Source: Nemertoderma westbladi (Eukaryota; Animalia; Xenacoelomorpha). Taken from it: a stretch of 64,000 nucleotides of DNA. Positions 1-12,665 of this stretch are shown here, in pieces; position 1 is the stretch's first letter; each line of letters starts with the position of its first letter. The stretch spans positions 15,958 through 79,957 of the forward strand of contig JAUCBJ010008580.1 of assembly GCA_032718475.1 (NCBI GenBank), in the 5' to 3' direction. The position numbers were made by a program, and so were the translations under genes. Under the pieces are notes generated by a model. The model ran no database searches and had not been told where the DNA came from. It worked only from the letters and a program-made list of their open reading frames with translations.

Positions 1-3000
1 TCCAGTGGATAGTCGATCTGTTCTGTGACATTCCGGCCGATAGCTGTAGCGTATAGAGCCACTTTTAACTCCGCTCGAGGAACTCGTAGCTTGTTGTTTA
101 TCAAGGCCTTAGAGGTAACCAAGGCGACTTTAATTCCATCCGGAGTTTCAACTCTCAGGTAGGCTACTATACCTATTCCCATATCGCTGGCGTCCCAAAC
201 ACATGGAGTTGATAGGAATACGTGGGGAGAACATGACCAAAATATGAACGGGAAATTATAAAGTTCTCGATGGATGGTAGAGCATCCCACGAGTGGTTTT
301 CAAGCCACATTTGTTGAACTAAACTCCGAGCGACCAATATAACTGAGCTAATAAATCCCAATGGATCGAAATAAGTGCTCAGGATACTTAGACAAATCCG
401 TTTAGTTCGAACTGGATTATCTCGCTGTTTTAGCTGGAAAAACAGGATATCTCTCTCTGTGTCCCATTTCAAACCAAGCGTCTTGGTTTCTGGAAGATTG
501 TCTTTGATTAGGTCCAGGTCTTTAACTCCTCAGTCTTCTACCGGGATCGATTCCAGAAACTCACGGGAGTTACTGGTGAATTTAGTTAGTCGAAATCCAC
601 CACGTTTCAAACACTCTACCGTTCCCTTGGCAACATCAATGGCTTCTTCCACCAATGGGAGGGACTTTAAATTATCGTCCATGTATATATCCCGTTTGAT
701 GTTGTCGATAACCGCTTTAGAGAAGGCGTCTCGGTTGTCATCAGCAGTGGTGCGCACTACTGAACAGGCATTCGAGGGGCTCGAGATGATTCCGAAAGCC
801 TGGATGGTCATCCAGTACTCCACAGGTTTTTGGCTGAGGTCTCCTTCAGGCCACCACAGAAATCGCAGGCTGTCTCGATCCCTATCCAGCGCCTTAACTT
901 GTAAGAACATGCCTTCTATATCTGAGGCGAAGGCGATCGAATATTGCCGTAATCTTAAGAGTATTCCCAACAAGGATTGGAGTAAGTTGGGTCCCGGCAA
1001 CAACTCCGAATTAAGGGATTGGCCCATGTAAAGGACGGAGCCGTCAAATACCAGCCGAACTTCGTTGGGTTTACCGGGTTTGGGAACGTAATGATGGGTT
1101 AAATAATACATTCTCTCAGTTATGGGTGTTTCTTCCGGTACTCGCTCCGCATATCCCTTATCGATGAATTTCCTCAACTGTGTCTTGTACATCTCTTTAG
1201 ACCAATTTCATACCTCCCTTGATCCCTAAGGAAACGTGTAGTCGTTGCCTGGATCTGCTTGGCTCTTTCCTCCTCGACTGATAGTGCTTTGTCGTAGGAA
1301 TTAGGCTCTACTGCTTCTTGAGTAAAGAATCGTACGGCGTGTTCGTCGCGAATCTTTGCATTATGTCGATCTATCACCTCATTTAACTCATCGTCATAAT
1401 TGAGTTGTCCGCCATGATGGACGAGATGGCAAAGGTGCACTTGGTTTCTCCAAGCTTCACTTTCAGTGAGGAGGTCTATCGTATTTTCCTCGTCAAATAG
1501 CTGGGTAATATCGTCGTTATCTGAGGAGTATGGTGTTCCCTCAGGTGTGATTTCTCCCTCACTGATTTCTTCTTCCCATTCACTCACCTGATGCACTTGT
1601 TCAGTGGGTAATCTTTCCATGAGCGTTCTATGAGAAGGTCCAGTGAAGTACCAACCTACTCTAGTTCTTCCTGCATAGGTTTGCAATGGTTGCGGTCGAG
1701 CAGGTCGTTTCTCTAATGTCTCAAGCGCCTCATGCGCATTTTGGCCGATTAAAATTTGCACCCCTGTGTTGAATCGGTGTTGAATCTAGGGATATTATGT
1801 TGCTGGGTAAAATCGTCTTCATCCCAGTTGTAAGGTTCTACTTGGCTGGTAGCAAAGTTCTTTATCGCCACCATTTTTACTGACCTTATACTGTGTTCTC
1901 CTAGTTCATCTTGGGGAGTGGACAACGCACCTACATAGTAGTCTGTAGCTACGGTAGATTTCTAAACCTGCATAATTCCTGAAAGGTTCAACTTAGTTCG
2001 GAACTTGGGTTGTCCTGCAAAGATGTCCCCGGCTAGTTCTTTATCGATGAACGTTCCTGTGCTGCCGGAGTCCAAGAGTGCGTTGACTATAAAACTCTTA
2101 CTCAACCCATGGACTCTTAGCTGAACTACGGGGAATTCCCGGATTCAGACGTTGGAAGTTGGTGCTTTCCAAGATGGTTGTCGGTCAGGAATAGCCGGGT
2201 GCGCTTCGTTATCGGTTTCAGTCTCATACGTAAGCGCTTGATACACCGCTGTGTTTATTAGATAACAGGATTCGTTTTCGTCGGAGAATTCATCCGTGTA
2301 GAATCCTTCCATCTCAGAACTTTGGTCAGTGTCGTTCACATCACTGAATTGGACATGTAGTTCGGACTCACTTACCTGACTCAGGCTGTTTCTTTCAAAT
2401 TCGGTGTGCAACAAGATATGATGTTTCGCGCCGCACTTAGCACACCTCGCATCAGAGTAACAGGTTCGCCGTTGGTGTCCTTGTCTGAGACAATTATAAC
2501 ACAACCGCTTATCCCACATGACATCACGTCTATCCTTTAGGGATTTCTTTAAGAATTCATCACACACACTTAAACGGTGGGGCCCGTCGCACAATGCACA
2601 TTTTGGTTTGATGTTACTTACTTTACCTTGGGTAATGTTGTGCACACTCGTTCTTTCCTCGGGCTTTCTTCCATGAATTCTCTTAGGAGACGTAGGAGGA
2701 GTTTTTGTTACCTGTTCTCTCCTGTCACTAGTTCGAGATTTAAATTTACTTACATCCTTAGGCGCTTTGTTGACATAGTAAGATCTTTCGGTGTCTTTCC
2801 CGTTGCTCCCCTCTTGAGAGGTCTGGCTTTCACAGTCGTCTGTATAACACACTGGTGTTACCTTTCTCCTAGAAACGGGTTTTTCACTTACCTTATTTTC
2901 CGGTGTCTTCTCTCTGGACTGCTTTAGGAGCTGTAATTTTACCTCTCCATCTAAGAATGACATGAGATCAGCCATGGTAGGGTCTCTTCGTTGTTGTTAC

Positions 3001-5837
3001 ATCATATATAGAACTCTTTTGTCCCAACGAGTACCTACTCCACCCTTCGGCAAGGTAGATGCTACAGCTCCAATAACCATAGAACTCTGATACTCATGAG
3101 ACTTACCTAGCCAATCTAATTGTCTACAAATCTCCTGGATCTCATCGGAAAATTCTATAATCCCGCTGCTAAGAAACTTTCGTGGCGCTACCAATTTCGC
3201 ATACAAATACCTAGCTATGTTATTCCTATTACCATACCTGATGTTTAGTGTATCCCAGACTTGTCTTAATCCCTCTGGATGTCCAATAAACTTTAACGCC
3301 ATTAACTTGGGAGATCCTTCCAAGCACTCGATGAGGAATCTAAGTTTATCTCCATTAGATAGCACAGAGTTCTGTATGTTATCTTTATAATATTCATTAA
3401 AAGGTAACAATTTTATCTCATCTCCGTTGAACTTGACGATCTCTCCCACCTTTACCACTTGTTGGGCTTCGGTTCTAGCCATTTGACGCGTAAAACTTTC
3501 TTGGGCCATCGTATTATTTAATATCGAGTTATCGGTATATAAATTTCTCGGATTAGGATCAGGTCTATATGGGATATCATTATCAACAGGTTTATCGTTA
3601 CCCTTAATAGGGTTTACTATAGGAGTTTCTACTTCACTAGCAGTATAGATGCGTATAGGCTCCACACCTTGCGCATAAAATACTTCAGACCTAACAGGTT
3701 GACACATTGTTACAGGGGGTGGTGTTATACCCCTTTGTATATTTACTAATTTATCGCGTTCTAACGCGATACTCTGCTGCACTTCTTGCAGTTCTAACCT
3801 ACCCTCTCTTACTGTTCCCTTTAACTGCTGCACAGTCCCTTCCATTTCTCGGACGTGTTGGGAGGAACGGATGCGCTGTTCCTCCAATTGTCCGAGCAGG
3901 AGATCCATCCCCCGCCGTCCCTCATCCACCCACTCGACCGCCGAAGCGGGAGCCGCCAACATAGTAGCGGGTAGACGAGGGACGACGGGTGATAAATCAT
4001 TGATGTCTCGCTCGGCGTCCAAGACTGGGACTGTTTCTGCGGCTATTTTATTGGGCACAGGTAATTTAGTACTGTGTAAAGGGAATTTAGAGTTAGGTTC
4101 TGGAAGTACAGGTATCTCCATCACCAAAGGGGTGGCTTCGAGAACAGGCCTAATTATTTCAGGCTCATCTACTATAGTAGGGAGTCTTTCTACTCTAATA
4201 ATTTGGTCTGTGGGTTCTGTACTACCTAAGTCTGCTATAGCTAGTTGCCTTCTCACAGCTGGGGGCAAATTAGGCAATTTCTGATGGTGAGGCATTCTTC
4301 TACATCTGCAGGAACGAGATCTATTTCCTCCACCTTCAGGATCTGTTGTATCGCCTTCATCAGATGATGTAAATCCCTGTCTCTTGGGAGTAGATCGACT
4401 TATCATCTGCATATACTTAGCTGTTCTTTGTTTATTGAAGTGATCTTGCTTCTCTTGAAGATTTTCCAACTCTAGTTGGACTGTCTCTTCAGATGCTCTC
4501 CGTTCTGCTGCTGCCACCGCCTCTGCTGCTTTTCTTTCTGCTTCTGCCGCTGCTACCTTTCTTTCAGCCTCTGCCTCTGCCTCTTTTCTTTCTGCCTCTG
4601 CCGCTGCCACTGCAGCTGCTGCTTTTCTTTCAACTTGTGCCGCTGCCGCTGCTGCTGTCTTTCTGTCTTCTATCCGTTTTTTCTTTAATTGTTCTTCCTG
4701 TTCCCTAGCGATAAGGATGCTTTCATCAAATTTAGCCTGTTCTACGGCTAACATTTCCGCATCTAATGCGTCTAACACAAATTTGGCTCCCTCAGTAGTA
4801 GGATGAAGTCCAGATAGTCGTCTCCTTAGCTCTTTGTCGCCTATAAATCATTGATAGTCCGACAGATAGATGTCAATGGCGTCCTTCTTCTGAGGTTTCT
4901 CTAATGTAACCTCGCTTTCCACCTGAGAAAAGGTAGCGTCTGTAGATTCTCCGTGGGTCGAGCGCTCAGTTAGCTGAATTTTCCATTGGGTAGTCCCTTG
5001 GACTTTAAGACTCACCCGTTGGAACCAGGTCTTTACGGCAACTTGCAACGACGTGTCTTGGCTTTTTTTCGAGGCTTCCTCAAAGGCTGATAGTATTAGT
5101 CGGATTCTTAAGATACGTTCTCTAACTTGATAAAGCAGCTCTCCCTGCTGTTGAGGTCCTTGGGGTTGTTGAAACAGTTGTTCTTCCAATCGCTCCAAAG
5201 AGCTGAAGAATCCCTGTACATATCCTGCTGCCGACCTCTTCCACACAGCTGGATCTCTAGTGTCCTTTACCACTCCCATCCTGTATAAGTCTTCCCAGGC
5301 AGCTTCCGACAAGTTAAACGGGAGTCCAGGTCCGGGGAAGTTCCATTGCGTCTCGACAATAGACTTCAGTTCCTCTATTGTGTATCCCGCATAACTGACC
5401 TTGGTCGTTCGCTTACTTCTCGCCCAATCAATTTGGTGTTCCTCCACTGCAATCAATACTCTAGTGAGTACGGCTTCAGGAAGAATGAGAAGTGGATCCG
5501 AATAAACTGCATCTGCCATCTTTGCTCGGCGCTCGGGTGTCAACTCTACCGTATCTGAGCTACCGGAGCTATCGGGCCGCTGAAAAATAAGTTCTCGGCT
5601 CGGGTGTTGCTGCTGTTTAACAGCTGCCTCTTGGTCCCGCTTGACTTGAGCCCGAGTGCCTATGATAGACCTACGGTGCTTTACTAGCCTAGGGTCTGAT
5701 ACTACTACTGAAGGGATGACCTTTCTTACAGTAGGAGGGGACTTGAACTTCGGTCTCAAGCATTCGGTACTCCTGTCGGAGTCGCATACTGTTCTTTCTA
5801 GGAGACTATCTGACAGAGTTTGCTTTGTGTCAGCCAT
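1..5837 (-). pseudogene. Disrupted BEL/Pao gag-pol polyprotein
   Basis: ORFs 4848-5837, 2997-4778 and 2145-2975 share one frame, broken by stops. BEL knuckles CALCDGPHRLSVC / CYNCLRQGHQRRTC / CAKCGAKHHILLH; protease ALLDSGSTGTFI (~2040-2090); RT FASDIEGMFLQV and IYMDDNL (530-1192); TKRICLSILSTYFDPLG (173-472). Confidence 0.9.
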
Positions 5838-5959
5838 GTTTGATTGTACGATTGAATGCCTACTACTATAACGACAGTTAAAGCAAGTCTAGTAATTCAG
5901 TATCAACTGTTAGCCTAGTAATTAATTACCGATATCGTTACTTAATGTAACGCGATATA

Positions 5960-6230
5960 TATATAATATATTAGAATACCGGTATACACTTATAGTATAT
6001 ATATAAGTATTATTACAGACTAGGGTTTGTCACAGAATACCGGTATATAATTTCAGCACAAATATATATAAATATGTAATAAGCCTACCGTGAATACCGG
6101 TATACAGCTTACACTTATAGTATATATAAGTATAATTATAGACTAGAATTAATTACAGAATACCGGTATATAATTTCAGCATAAATTTATAGAAATAAAT
6201 ATAATAAGCCTACTATAAATACCGGTAATG
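5960..6230. repeat. Degenerate ~120-bp tandem repeats in the 5' UTR of BEL A
   Basis: Recurring AATACCGGTATA and CACTTATAGTATATATAAGTAT blocks. Confidence 0.6.
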
Positions 6231-7802
6231 TCAATTATTTTAGAATAACTGAATTTCTGAATTTTAGGGTTACTTTTCTTTACTTTGTTACTGTTATTAA
6301 GCAGTAGTCCAACTGATATTAAGACCTAATTGATGTATGACAGGCCTACTACTTTATAAATCGGTTTGAGTTGATTTATAATATATATATACCCTTATAA
6401 TGGGTTTTTGACAATATTTGAAATAAATGTTATTATTTCTGGTAAGGAGTCACTACACAGAAGCTGAACGCTCTCAGTGAAGTGCTACTTATTGGACACT
6501 AAAACAAATAATTCTACTTGACTAAGTTACTTATTACTACAAATTACGTACAATTACAGGGTGAGATTACAATCTCTAGATAAATACAAAAATTACACGT
6601 ACAAATTTTTTAGGGTAATTTTACAGGAAATCTACAAACCAGCCTAACAAGGGTTAGAATTTCTGGTTTATTCAACGGACAGGATACTACGGTATTTGAA
6701 AATAATTAAGCAGTAGTAAATAAATTGCGTTGTCCAGATAAGAAAATACCACCGTCTGACGACTTATAGTCTTTAGCTGTACAGCTCTATAAGTACTACG
6801 TTATGTACCCGTAGTGTTCCTACCTAGAAGTTAATTACCGCAGCCAACCAGAGCTAACTTGCCTATTAACCACTTTATAACACAAATATACTGCCTACAC
6901 ACTAATTACCTTCGGAAAGTATTGTACACTAAACCCTAAATTAGGTACAAGTACTTATACAACAAATAACCAGCAGTTAAATATACTTGTACAGCTAAAA
7001 GAACCACGGCATCTGCTGGAGTGACTAGAGCATAAAATCACCAGTCTTTACCTACGCCAAGCAGCCCTGATGCAGTACCGGGGTTAATTTAACTATAACG
7101 GTATGTATAACAAGCACAATTACTGTAGGAATAAACTTGGGGAGTTATGTATGTTGCGAATACTCGCAAATACTCTGAATAATAAATAAATACGCTACCC
7201 GTACAGACTACACAAACAAAATACAAACCAAACGCTGGCATACTACTATCAAGCCTAAATAAACTACAGTATATGCAGACTCCGAAATGGTTAGTTAGTA
7301 TGCGTTCTAACCGAGTAGCACGACTTATTCTTTCGGGGGGGATTTACCTTACAGCACTGGATGCCCCCACCTTCCTAAGTAGTACTTTATCGGACATACA
7401 CTCTACACACACTGCAATCTCTTCAGACTCAACAACAGTCAGACAACAATCCAGCCTACAAATTATTTGTACAATCTGAGCAGGCTTACACACCCTCTGC
7501 TCAATATTACACTTACAAATAAATAAAACTGACAGAAATAAATAAGCTCTAAAAGAAACAAGGGGTGTACAGTACAGTCCCTAATCTCTTAAACAGCCTA
7601 CCTATATACAATATCACAATCGAAATAATACTGGTACCGGTAAGTACCGGTTCGGGTGGTTAGGTAGTTAGGCCTACAGGTTACCGTCCGACTGGTACAG
7701 TCGAATTTATTGCCTACGTGCAATCAAAACATAAAATCTATTACTGTTCTTACCAGAACAGTAGACAACTGTATTTGATGTCTGCTCTGCAATCAGAAAC
7801 TG

Positions 7803-7813
7803 AAATCTATTAC
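7803..7813 (-). promoter_or_regulatory. Non-tRNA primer-binding site of BEL A (GTAATAGATTT, element sense)
   Basis: Directly abuts the LTR terminal CA; does not start with TGG; exact complement lies inside the LTR at 8540-8550. Confidence 0.6.
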
Positions 7814-8962
7814 TGTTCGCGCTTTCAGACCTTTAGCAGTTTAACCCGCCAATTTTAGGTGTCCTCTTATTTATAAATCGACTTTAGCCTATAACAATTA
7901 TTTAATGCACATGAAGTAACATTAGCCGAAGCCAGTCTATGCGCGATCATTCACCCACGGTTAAGGGAGACTGGATTCGGATGCTTTGAAGTGATTGCGG
8001 TGCAGACCTACGGTATTATTCGATTGGTAGTTACTATATAATCTCTGACAATATTATTCACTTTCGGGGAAATATTAACAGTTCCTTTAGGACGTGGCGC
8101 TTTAAGTATAAAACAGAGTTATGACTTACACTAAACACATCGAGATGGCTATTGATTTTCGTAAATGGCGCATTCTTTAGGAGATGCTTTATTATCTGTT
8201 ACACTACTGCATACGATTTCACACTGCTGCACACTGATCTGCCGACCGTCACTGAATTTAATCATATATAAGGAGGATAGCAACTGACACATGTAGGGCT
8301 TATGAAATAGCATTGAATGCACACAAAAACCACTGTAATGTAAGTCGCAATTGCTACCGGTAACCAGTCTCTCTAACCTTTGGTAATCAAGAAGATTGGG
8401 GTTTTATGATTATTTCTCGATATTCTCCAAATATAAAAACATATCCATCAACAGGTAACAATTAATAACCGACAGTAAATAGCAGTAAAATAATGCGGTG
8501 AAATTGGTGCAGTTTGGATTGTTCAGTGTAGTGTGTTTGGTAATAGATTTACGCTTTTATAATCAAAGCCGTCTAATGTTGGCCAAAGTCTGAAACTTCC
8601 AACACAGAAGCACAGAATCATTTCCAAGCAGTTGTTCTCGCTCAGAAAGGTAAACAAAGACCGTCATGCATTGCGCGGTTTTCCGTAGGCCTCTGTGCAA
8701 AATCGCTCTGATTGGTCGAGCGAGCCGAACAAAGGAAGTTAAGAAAGCTCCACATCGACATCAAATCAGCTGATAGATTTCGTCATCTGAACTACACTGT
8801 ATTAAGAGTATTTGGGGTATTGCGGCATAAAATGGCTTGTTATGTCCGCTAAAACACCTACAGAGTACATTGCGGAGAAAATGGCTTGTTATGTCCGCTA
8901 AAACAACTAAACAGTTCATAGCGGAGAAAAAATGACTGGTTATATCCGCAAAAGCTTTTACA
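7814..8962 (-). repeat. 5' LTR of BEL A (~1149 bp)
   Basis: TGTTCGCG...GCTTTTACA termini; colinear homology with 24252-25446 begins and ends exactly at these boundaries. Confidence 0.88.
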
Positions 8963-9620
8963 ATGAGATGGAGAATGAAAATAGTGAGGGTCAGGATGAA
9001 GTTGAAGAGAGTGATGTTGAGAATGAAGAAAGTGAAGATCAGGAAGAGGATGAAGAAAGTGAAGATCAAGAAGAGGGTGAAGAAAGCAAAGGTCAGGAAG
9101 AGAATGAAGAAAGTGAAGAACAGGAAGGGGATGAAGAAAGTGAAGAACAGGAAGAGGATGAAGAAGAGGAAGAGGAAGAGGATGAAGGAAGTGAAGGTGG
9201 GGAAGAGGATGAAGAAAGTGAAGGTCAGAAAGAGGGTGAAGAAAGTGAAGATCAGGAAAGTGAAGAATAGGATGAAAATGTTGATAATGAGGAAATATTG
9301 CGACAACTACTTGAAAATAAGATTAAATTGCAGAAAATTATTAATCATTTGAAGGAAAATGAAGAAAATAAAGAGGTGACATTGACCCAAGTTCTAGGAA
9401 GTAAAATTAAATTACATAAATTTATTAAATATTTAGAAGAGAATGAATAAAGAAGAGATATTGAGGCAAATATTAGTAAACAAAAATCAAATGCGGAAAT
9501 TTATTAAACAAATAGAAGAAAATGAAGAAAATTGAGAAGAAATATTAACACAGGTCCTGGTAAATAAAAGTAAATTATTGAAAATTAATGAACAATTGAA
9601 TAAAATTAAGAAACAGTTGG
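8963..9620 (+). repeat. Purine-rich 27-bp minisatellite able to encode an acidic (EESEDQEED)n tract, followed by degenerate GAA-rich repeats
   Basis: Units such as GAAGAAAGTGAAGATCAGGAAGAGGAT; truncated on the left by the BEL A LTR and on the right by a TTAA element. Confidence 0.75.
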
Positions 9621-9624
9621 TTAA

Positions 9625-11216
9625 CCCTATTAAACCCGGGGGGGGGGGGGGGAGGGGTCAATATGACCCCCCTCGCGGTTTTTTTATTATAATTCTGAAA
9701 CAAACGCAGTTGGGAATCTGAAATTTTATGAATTTTCCTAAAAATCTATTGTCTTCCTAGTATTGAAAATCGTTTTCAAAAATATTGGGTAGTTTTCGAG
9801 TTATAGCACCATTTTTTAACCCTACTTTTGGCACTTTTTTGAGACGTTTTTTGAAAATTACATTTCATTAAATGTTAATTGTAACATCTCTATTATTGAT
9901 TTACACCGGTTTTTTGGTGTTAGAAATTGGATGGATTTCATATAAATTGATTTAGAAATTTCAAACTTGTTTTTTTCGGCGGGTGCCAATTTTTGGTGCC
10001 AGCACCAAATTTTGAAATATGTCAATTTTGTAAATTGATTGTGTGAAACTTGTTTTTTACGCAATTGGGGTTTTTTGGGGTTCTGGTTTCGATGAAATAT
10101 ATACGAGTTGCACCAAGCGTATCAAACTTGTATTTTTCGGTGGTGGGTGCAAATTTTGGTGCTGCACAAAATTTTGAAAATCCATTCAATTGATAAAATT
10201 GTTTGTGACAATTTATTTCTTGCGTTTTAGAGGTTTATGGCTATTCTGAATTGAATGGAATATATAATTTTCGATCTAGGTATCTCAAACTTGTATTTTT
10301 CGGAAGTGGGTGCAAAATGTGGTGCTAGCACCAAATTTTGAAAACCATCAAATATGTCAATTGATTGTGTCACCTTGTTTCTTGCGTTATACGGGTTTGT
10401 GATGGTTCTGAATTCATTGGAATCAGTAAAAATTTCATAAGAGTTCTCAAACTTGTATTTTTCGCCGGTGGGTGAAAATTGTTGTGCCAGAACCAAATTT
10501 TGGAAAATATGCAAATTGATAATTACATAGTATCACCTTGTTTCTTGCGTTATACGGGTTTATGAGGGTCCTGAATCCGATGGAATCAATAAAAACAGCA
10601 CTGGACATCGCAAACTTGTAGTTTTTGGTGATGGGTACGAAATTTGGTGCTAGCACCAAAATTTGCCAAATTACGCCAAAAAATACAAGTAGCAATGATC
10701 TGGCATATTAGAAATGTATTCCATTAGAATCAGCGCCCTCGAAAACCTGAAAATGTGAATTTAAAGCATCGTATAAGTGAAATAAAAATTTTTGTGTTCT
10801 AACTGAAAAGTGCTGGTTACTTGTTTTTTTCATTTTTTTCCTACGCAGAGAGGACTAAACACCCATTTATAGTAATCATATCATTTTTTAATATTTTCCA
10901 ATGTATTTTGCACCCCAGAAAACCTGTATTGAAAAATAATTAGCCGAAAATGTAACTTTCAAATTTGGTGAAAATTGTGCACTACTTGTAATTTTGGTGC
11001 TGCAATATAACAACCCCAGTACATTTTTTCGAAAAATTTTTTTTCGGTCGGATCCAGACAAGTGAAACCTACGTACAAACAAAAAATCAGACGTTTTCGT
11101 AAATATTATTTTGTAGATTTTAGAGGGGGGGGGGGGGGGGGGGGGGGGGGGGTGGGGGGTCAATATGACCCCCCCCCGGTATTTGTACATCATTTTATAG
11201 CCCGGTACTAATAGGG
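9625..11216. mobile_element. piggyBac-type non-autonomous element (MITE)
   Basis: TTAA|CCCTATTA...TAATAGGG|TTAA; subterminal GGGGTCAATATGACCCC palindromes at both ends; internal ~165-bp repeats (AAACTTGTATTTTTCG...GCACCAAA); no transposase ORF. Confidence 0.85.
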
Positions 11217-11354
11217 TTAATGAGGAAGATGAAAGTAAAGAAAATCAACCATCTTTTACTTATTTTCGAAGACCTATGATAAAAAAAACTCTCATACAGT
11301 ATATACCCGCGCAGGAGGACGCTATTGATATTTGTTTGTTTGAGTTGCTTTCAT

Positions 11355-11470
11355 AATAGTATTAGGACTATTTATCCATAACAATTATATTAGTATTATG
11401 AGTATTTATCCATAACAATTATATTAGTATTAGGAGTATTTATCCATAATAATTATATTAGTATTATAAA
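11355..11470. repeat. ~34-bp tandem repeat, 3 copies
   Basis: TATTTATCCATAACAATTATATTAGTATTA repeated. Confidence 0.7.
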
Positions 11471-11541
11471 TATTATTTACCCACAATATTTATTGTGTCA
11501 TACAGTAGATATTGTGTAATAGTCATACAGTAGATATTGTG

Positions 11542-12552
11542 TAATAATAATAATAATAATTGTTTATTCGAGGACCCCCAAGTTTCCCTGGTGTCCCATA
11601 ACGTACATGGCCTATAGTTCTAGCACAAACAAAAAGTAGAGTAAAGTAATGTAGTAAGGAAACACAATTGTATGTACACGTAATAAATTAATAAGACCCT
11701 TATTCAGCCCAATTTCTTAAAACAGACATCCCCATGATTCTACTATGGCAGCAAGTGGTCATAATAGTTGCCTGTACGAGGCTATTCGGGCAACTATAGG
11801 CACGGCCTAAAAAAGACGTTATAGCCCCCGATCTAATATGAATAAACTTTGATAACCCCAGGCTACCAAACATATACGAAGCACTGCACCCCCATGGAGA
11901 TTTGAATAACCTCCTTGCTGTATTATTATACGCTACCCTAAACTTATTATGCACCATACTAGAATAATTTGACCTAGCCCACAGTGAATTACAGTATATC
12001 TGGGTACAAAAACTACGAAATAATTTAATTTTTACCGTAACCGAGCACCCCCCGAATTTCCTAATTATAATATTTGCACGCCTACAAAAACTACGAAGTT
12101 GATTGTAAATATCAAAATCATCATCGGTAGAGCTACACAGGATGTGCCCTAAGTACTTTACCTCTGACACTACTTCAATATTAAGACCATTAATTGTAAC
12201 CTGACCGACATCTGTATTCTTCGCACATTTTGGATAATAAAATAAGCACTTGGTTTTCTTACAATTTACTTTTATACAATGCTCTAATGCGTACGATTCA
12301 AAAATATGAAGTAACTTTTGTAACCCATTAATCGATTTCGAACATATCGCTAAGTCATCCGCGTACATTAAATTATTAATACGGACCCCTGACATTTGAC
12401 ACCCTATCCCCGAATTAGAAAGTTCCTTACTTAGGTCATCTTCATCTATATACACACTATACAGGTACGGCGATAATATCCCACCCTGTTTCGTACCATT
12501 TGAAACCTGAAAACTCTCTGATATGCACTCCCCCCATTTTTCAAAAAGAACC
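11542..12552 (-). mobile_element. LINE 3' fragment (RTE-X-like), RT C-terminal half
   Basis: KQGGILSPYLY upstream of ORF 11700-12455, which has MYADDLAI, VKYLGH and ANIIIRKFGGCSVTVKIKLFRSFC; AATAAA plus (ATT)n tail at ~11542-11570; cut off by a Gypsy LTR at 12553. Confidence 0.82.
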
Positions 12553-12652
12553 TGTGATATGTGTAATGTGTCATATATAGTGTGTTATATGTTATATGAC
12601 AGTCTGCATGTAGACGGGCAATATACAGTTATCTGATACATACTGTACTTCA
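12553..12652 (+). repeat. Probable 100-bp 5' LTR of the outer Gypsy
   Basis: TGTGAT...CTTCA, immediately followed by a TGG-type PBS; the partner LTR is not visible. Confidence 0.6.
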
Positions 12653-12665
12653 TGGCGATGAGGAT
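12653..12665 (+). promoter_or_regulatory. Canonical tRNA primer-binding site (tRNA-Ser-like)
   Basis: TGGCGATGAGGAT, one transition away from the common Mag-type TGGCGACGAGGAT. Confidence 0.7.

Larger units (their letters stand above)
1..8962 (-). mobile_element. BEL/Pao LTR retrotransposon A (decayed; 3' half runs off the left edge of the window)
   Basis: Minus-strand gag, triple Cys/His knuckles, protease, RT and start of RNase H in BEL order; 5' LTR at 7814-8962 is homologous to 24252-25446. Confidence 0.92.

Noticed and set aside
375-1031. Plus-strand 218-aa ORF and many other antisense ORFs over TE coding regions (e.g. 3871-4284, 16211-16771, 45408-45902)
   Set aside because: Shadow frames of real gag/pol sequence; no independent motifs
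8761-9352. Phe/Ile-rich 'membrane' ORF (-) and Lys/Arg-rich ORF (+)
   Set aside because: Alternative-frame readings of the GAA-rich minisatellite
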